Positions 60,001 to 64,000 of a stretch of 64,000 nt of DNA are shown one piece after another; position 1 is the first letter of the stretch; each line of letters opens with the position of its first letter. The notes beneath the pieces were generated by a model. That model was not told the origin of the DNA. It searched no databases and worked only from the letters and a program-made list of their open reading frames with translations. This DNA is from a bacterium (GTDB lineage: Bacteria > UBA10199 > 2-02-FULL-50-16 > JAJFLM01): contig CBDCFN010000016.1 in NCBI GenBank assembly GCA_965216315.1, positions 1,792,001 through 1,856,000 on the forward strand. The letters run 5' to 3'. Both the position numbers and the translations under genes were made by a program.

Positions 60001-61484
60001 GACATTGCTTCATCAAGCGTATCCGCGTGCCCGCTTTCGACTGCCTGCCTGAGTAACCCAATCAAGCCGCTATTCGCCTGAGCGGTTTTCTTATCATAAT
60101 AATTAAGTTCCATGCGTCCTAACCGTTGGGTCAGGAGTGAGCCATTTGCTTCATCGAGTCGATCCAATGCTATCAACGTGTAGTCACGCAATTCCGCACG
60201 CACCACCTCGCGCATGGCCAATAATTCAGGATCATCGGTCGACTCGGTCGCGGTCTTAAAATCCATCATATAGAGTCGTGCCTGTGGGATATTATTGTCT
60301 TCAATCAGCGCCAATCGACTCTGATAGAATAAAGTGCGCGCCGTATCGCCATTCGCTTGCGCCGTTTCAAGTCGACTGCGATTCATCGCGATGAGACCAA
60401 TCTGCTGCAGCTCCCCGAGAATGCGGAGTTTGTCACGATCTTCGAGCACATCGAATTCCGGCGTCATACTCATTGAATGCATGTGAACCAGATCGGAATG
60501 AAAGATTACATAAGCCGCATATGCATGAGTATTTTCCTCGGTCAAGAAGCCATTATCCGCCAATGTCGCCGTCTCATTGATAACAACTTCCAAAGAAAAA
60601 TCCTGCGTATAACTCATTAATAAAGGAGATAATTCCCGTGCAGCGGCTTCATCCCCCAATAAACGAAACACCTCAATTTCCTGGGATAATAGGAGCACCG
60701 TATCCGCCCTATTACCGCTCGTTTCCGCCAGCTTTCTTTGTATTGTCAATTCAGTTCGAATTTCTTCAAGGCGGCAGGGATAGGCATCCGCTTCCGCCCT
60801 AAAACTTGGTTCGAGTTGTGCAGCCATCCCATAGTCATAGAATGCTTCTTCATAGTGGCCCAGCATATGGTGTAATCGTGCGCGATAAAGATAGGCTTCG
60901 GCATCATTCGGATCATTCTGGATCTGACCATTCATGAAATCGATCGCGTAGGAGGTGTGCTTAAAAGCACTGGAATGCCCCGTCGCCTGTTTGGTTGCCG
61001 CACGCAAGAAGAATATCCGTCGCGTCAACTGAGGATCCAAAATTCTTTCATCTGTTTTAAAATTCTTGTAGGCCACTTTAAAGACCTTAAAGGCTTCTCG
61101 ATAGGTTTCTTTCGCTTGAACTGCATCACCGGCATCAAGCTGCCTTTCAACCGCGGCCAACCGATCATTGAGATAGGCAACTATACTCTCAGGATCATCC
61201 ATGTTGGGAGAAGCATAGATAGCAGTCGGTTGCGTGAAGAGTTGTGTGCCCGGAAGACTCGTAAAAAAGCCGAGAATAGTCGACGACGCCGGATCCGTGC
61301 TGCAATAGCCCCCCTCGTTCGCCTCGGGTTGCGACACGCTTTCTGGCGCACAACTGCCCGCATCCACCTCTCCGTACAGGAGAGCCGAACTAGAAGACGG
61401 GTCAGACCCGCACTGATTTATGGCTTCAAATGGCAGATCTGCAGACGCAGCTCCGCACACACATAGGGTATTAGTACCGCACAC
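57021..61484 (-). CDS. Giant multidomain protein D (TPR, hydrophobic core, Thr repeats, C-terminal module shared with A)
   Basis: TPR AEAYLYRARLHHMLGHYEEAFYDYGMAAQLEP; start reassigned to GTG 61484 (ggagg RBS, downstream of the sigma54 site). Confidence 0.85.
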   Translation of the reverse strand: MCGTNTLCVCGAASADLPFEAINQCGSDPSSSSALLYGEVDAGSCAPESVSQPEANEGGYCSTDPASSTILGFFTSLPGTQLFTQPTAIYASPNMDDPESIVAYLNDRLAAVERQLDAGDAVQAKETYREAFKVFKVAYKNFKTDERILDPQLTRRIFFLRAATKQATGHSSAFKHTSYAIDFMNGQIQNDPNDAEAYLYRARLHHMLGHYEEAFYDYGMAAQLEPSFRAEADAYPCRLEEIRTELTIQRKLAETSGNRADTVLLLSQEIEVFRLLGDEAAARELSPLLMSYTQDFSLEVVINETATLADNGFLTEENTHAYAAYVIFHSDLVHMHSMSMTPEFDVLEDRDKLRILGELQQIGLIAMNRSRLETAQANGDTARTLFYQSRLALIEDNNIPQARLYMMDFKTATESTDDPELLAMREVVRAELRDYTLIALDRLDEANGSLLTQRLGRMELNYYDKKTAQANSGLIGLLRQAVESGHADTLDEAMSYLQSEHQRLQEQFATNPVVQRGWDVNLIYEAPSYGSTQDKEERSVALTFLRDWFADTSATHPEVTNVTVSGGMLRTSSGRNQPRIVRVSIGSEGGIIRTDTHKAYYFPPAEGERVVLIERDGGVRIHSSMQLNRDYQILRHRDDIQKEFGKLTAAGNVSHAENPLRYEGLFGQYGHWTNIGVRDKDFLTLYSLETREGLEAMKTPDGKRKHLLSVAQQVRHRNGSYAVAGQILEQLFAEPLQEALAVIPDTVSQDVRDAVEGDRNDFHSKVMDSLAEAKEANPSQYAERFPSGQPTEAEIEQMVDVSVELEIERRLHKIAFASLQADYESGEMRVNDPIAADAWAIYEDMKDPLDQFWNLSDDSIDAIVDEVVITAVTLPLAMGAGQLVRVGVGSALKLSAQTGVRRFGAGFVTVWAGSATEGLMIEGTSSLLQQRDFSWKNAGFATIMSRAFHCGHLGWKVVNPKVARFLRMNPEGRVFNFAGELSTQTSVATAMTYAGDIVMDHDSPYTFSERLAGETIRNLLGMHYGRWVNNQVRSGGYSKTEQVIWKRTQQIKEDVSIKDGGDSPEVTVVDRPKPIVETAAPDEVTFVEGKVVKPMAPAAPESLKPAEVTKVEGKVAKTPPSSGADEVTKAEGKIVEPVPASTEDVTFAEGKGNKKQVAANDAPPPPDPSRSGTSETAVTLSEKLAEIPTLKLQQAAGDWRRDANAFNDYFADPEIRAELERVVKMTPEALKQETNWTPEQVADYQLEARTFLGQVKKTESWGQRMRELTRLDESSPEFMKQDAALAQEIFSELSAMDLSAIQHRGIGEAVRRMQAGEMPLDVPTLLEAYISTRLRPSLYNQVDIRYMNSLQFARRAAEPMDVFLIGHSLRSKGGVEFEWNYRPIQEIHGSVDPANPAKSFLWLSPESFLGVDVFVKNPAELTGLIEGIKAQGYYVFQTTQNGRPVLMVDFPVNSRVRKIRPELRRMELTLEIHLEAGELPAEMAVGQ
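58030..58292 (-). repeat. Five imperfect EVTxxEGK peptide repeats in gene D
   Basis: EVTVVDRP, EVTFVEGK, EVTKVEGK, EVTKAEGK, DVTFAEGK. Confidence 0.75.
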
Positions 61485-61510
61485 GCACCTACTCCTCCAC
61501 CCCAATAGAG

Positions 61511-61526
61511 AGCAAAGACCGTGCCA
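61511..61526 (-). promoter_or_regulatory. sigma54 promoter of giant gene D
   Basis: Minus strand TGGCACGGTCTTTGCT; downstream tattggg...gaggagt as in the gene C leader. Confidence 0.8.
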
Positions 61527-61813
61527 GAGTGGCTTAGCGGGCGATATAAGCCGTAACAATTTGATTTTATATGATTTTTATCATATTGAAGGTGCGCGAT
61601 TTCCATGTGATCACCCTAAAATCACGGGTATAGACCCCCCATTTTTTGCGAAAATTTCCCAATTTGACATCAATTTTGTGGTTTTAACCCCTCAAATCGC
61701 GGCTTTTTTGAATTTTTTGCGGCTCTTATCTAATGGACAACTTTTTTCGGCCGTTACCGATAAGGAAGGAACATCTGAACGGGGGTGAAGGATGAGAGAG
61801 AGGGAGAATATCT

Positions 61814-63406
61814 GTGAAAAAACTAGGGGTTTTTCTCGGCTTCGTAGGGAGCCTCGTACTCGGACAGACCAGCTTCGCCTGGGACTGCAACGATCCGGCT
61901 GTTGACTGCAATACACTCATTGTGCAGAGCCAACCTTCCGGCGCCGGTCTCGCTTCATTCCAATCCGCTGCGCTTACAACCCAAACGGACACGCATATTG
62001 TTAAGGTTCCATCCCGCGAAGATGCGCATGAAATCATGGATAACCTTAAGCAAAGCCCGGGAGTTAAGCTCGTCGAGCCGGCGATGGTGATCGAGTTGGA
62101 GCAAGGCACCTTTGATCCGATTCCCGAAGATCCTTATAGTCCCTCTACATCCACCAACGGCCCGCTGCCATCTGAATCCATCTTTAATGCACCGGATGAT
62201 CCCCTCTTTGATTTTCAAAACCATTTTACCGGCAGCATGGGTTCAGGTCTCAACATCGATGATGTCTGGGAACGATTTACGGCATCAACAATTGTCGTCG
62301 CAGTGATTGATTCGGGCATAGACTATGAACACGTTGATCTTGCCGACAATGTTTGGACCAACATCGGGGAAATTCCAGACAATGGAATTGACGATGATGA
62401 CAACGGCTATGTCGATGACGTCCACGGATACAATTTTTACGACGATATTGCGGACCCCTATGATGACCATATGCATGGAACGCATATCGCTGGGATTATC
62501 GGCGCCGTCGGAAATAATGGCATTGGCGTTGCCGGCCTGCTCTGGGAAGTCCAATTAATGGGGCTTCGATTTACCGATGAAAATGGGATTGGCAACACCG
62601 CCAAGGCAATCAAGGCGATTCATTATGCTGTCGCCAATGGTGCCCGCGTGATCAACATGTCTTGGACCGTCAAAGCCAGCTCCGGCTCAAGTGGAAGTCA
62701 GGCCTTAAGAAATGTTGTTGAGTATTACGAAAACCATGGTGTCATTTTTGCTGTTGCTGCCGGCAACGGAGACGCAAGCTACCAAGGGATCAACATTGAT
62801 GCTGAACCTGTTTACCCTGCAGCGATTCCAAGTTCTAACATCGTGTCCGTCGCTGCTGCCAACTTAGACGGTGAGCTGGCTTCCTATTCCAATTATGGAT
62901 CGAAAAATGTTCACATCATGGCTCCCGGCAGTGGCATCCTCAGTACCATTCCCGGTGACGCTTACGGCCGCATGACAGGAACTTCAGCGGCAACCGGCCT
63001 CGTCAGTGCCGCCGCAGCGATGATCCTCACTGAAGCGCCCGAACTAACCGGCACTCAGGTAAAAAACGTCCTGCTGAATACAGTTAATTTTCAATCCGAC
63101 TTACAAGGCTATGTACAGAGCTCAGGAAGTCTTGACCTCCATGAACCACTCTATGCGTTAACTAATAACCAAGATATTGCCAACCAAGCACCACCAAGTA
63201 GTGCCCCATCGGTTAGCAACAACAACGGCAGCAGCAGCAGCAGTGTCGCAACTTCGCTCGACGCCTATCCCGGTGCTAGCTGCGCACTTGTCGGCAAACA
63301 ATCTCGGGGCAATACTTCGACAATACCTGCTTTAATTCTTTTTGCGCTTTTTATTCTCACATTGAAACGTGCTCTTCCCTCCTCGACCCCGCGGGCTGGC
63401 ATTTAA
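61814..63406 (+). CDS. Subtilisin-like S8 serine peptidase, secreted, C-terminal membrane anchor
   Basis: VIDSG, HGTHIAG, AAGN, GTS catalytic motifs; signal peptide. Confidence 0.92.
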   Translation: MKKLGVFLGFVGSLVLGQTSFAWDCNDPAVDCNTLIVQSQPSGAGLASFQSAALTTQTDTHIVKVPSREDAHEIMDNLKQSPGVKLVEPAMVIELEQGTFDPIPEDPYSPSTSTNGPLPSESIFNAPDDPLFDFQNHFTGSMGSGLNIDDVWERFTASTIVVAVIDSGIDYEHVDLADNVWTNIGEIPDNGIDDDDNGYVDDVHGYNFYDDIADPYDDHMHGTHIAGIIGAVGNNGIGVAGLLWEVQLMGLRFTDENGIGNTAKAIKAIHYAVANGARVINMSWTVKASSGSSGSQALRNVVEYYENHGVIFAVAAGNGDASYQGINIDAEPVYPAAIPSSNIVSVAAANLDGELASYSNYGSKNVHIMAPGSGILSTIPGDAYGRMTGTSAATGLVSAAAAMILTEAPELTGTQVKNVLLNTVNFQSDLQGYVQSSGSLDLHEPLYALTNNQDIANQAPPSSAPSVSNNNGSSSSSVATSLDAYPGASCALVGKQSRGNTSTIPALILFALFILTLKRALPSSTPRAGI

Positions 63407-63456
63407 GCCAAACCCGCGGAGCATGAGGGAGTGCGCCGAGAGGCGTTAGGGAAGTT

Positions 63457-63756
63457 CTACTTGCGTGCCGAATAAGAGACCGCCACATGTGGGCGTATCT
63501 TCTCTAAACTTTTCTCTCCAATCCCCTTAATCTCCGTCAATTCGTCCACGGACTTAAAGGGCTGGCGCTGCCTCCGCTGTACGATCAAGGCCGCTCGCTT
63601 GGGCCCGATAAACGGCAAGGCCGAAAGTTCTTCGACAGTGGCCTTATTCAGATTGACCGGTCCTGCAGCCACCTGAGGCTGCGCAGCCGACAAGGGTCCT
63701 GCCAACAACATAAGTGCCAACACAACAAATGGGATCGTTCGTTTGATATGATGCAT
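63457..63756 (-). CDS. comEA: ComEA-family helix-hairpin-helix DNA-binding protein
   Basis: VNLNKAT.EEL..LP.IG..RA, FKSVDEL..IKGIG; signal peptide. Confidence 0.88.
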   Translation of the reverse strand: MHHIKRTIPFVVLALMLLAGPLSAAQPQVAAGPVNLNKATVEELSALPFIGPKRAALIVQRRQRQPFKSVDELTEIKGIGEKSLEKIRPHVAVSYSARK

Positions 63757-63772
63757 GATTTTAACCTCGAAA

Positions 63773-63985
63773 TTAATTGGATGCGGGTGCGCGCCGCGGG
63801 GGACGACGGTCGCGTACATGTAAACGACCATTGACCGGCGTTGCATCCAGGATGATATTGAGTGAATCGTCACGATTGACGAAACAGATTCCGATTTTAG
63901 TCCAGCGTTCCTTACCGCCTTCGGCAGTCCCGCTTTCTCGTTCCGATATAGTGAAAACGTCTTTCACGATAACCGATGACTCCAT
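63773..63985 (-). CDS. Small conserved-looking hypothetical protein (possible ssDNA-binding)
   Basis: RWTKIGICFVNRDDSLNIILDATP motif; aggag RBS. Confidence 0.65.
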   Translation of the reverse strand: MESSVIVKDVFTISERESGTAEGGKERWTKIGICFVNRDDSLNIILDATPVNGRLHVRDRRPPRRAPASN

Positions 63986-64000
63986 ACGAGCTCCTTTCGA

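Noticed and set aside
61485..61559. TTG-start N-terminal extension of giant gene D
   Set aside because: It contains the sigma54 site and RBS; GTG 61484 is preferred
61578..61604. Eleventh copy of the orphan promoter motif upstream of gene D
   Set aside because: GGAAA-N14-TATGATAA is a poor match within an AT-rich tract
1..64000. CRISPR array, prophage, integrase or IS transposase
   Set aside because: No regularly spaced repeats or recognisable mobile-element genes seen; the REP-like copies are dispersed

Overview
Bacterial chromosomal segment; gene content suggests a deltaproteobacterium-like (Myxococcota/Bdellovibrionota-type) lineage, which is inference. Housekeeping blocks: 3' part of class II ribonucleotide reductase nrdJ; tmk-holB-metG; an 11-subunit complex I operon (nuoABCDHIJKLMN, no nuoEFG) followed by a second, divergent nuoJKLMN set; hemL-atpZ-atpI-atpB-atpE; tRNA-Arg(ACG); an S8 peptidase and comEA. 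These are interleaved with many orphan genes. Main finding: a family of four giant (about 1400-2100 aa) mosaic proteins with TPR-like N-termini, Gly/Ala-rich hydrophobic cores, Thr-repeat linkers and shuffled C-terminal modules (HD-CE-like phosphohydrolase, ART-like, ACT-like). Each has its own sigma54 (-24/-12) promoter. Ten small orphan genes share a second promoter motif, (G/A)CAAC-N14-16-GCCGATAA-like, with a sigma28-like -10 box; they include a CheD-like protein with Cys replaced by Ala and a protein with a flagellin-like helical segment. Also present: a 71-bp covarying palindromic repeat that reads in frame in ORFs, and a synonymously recoded duplicate of the nuoC 3' end.
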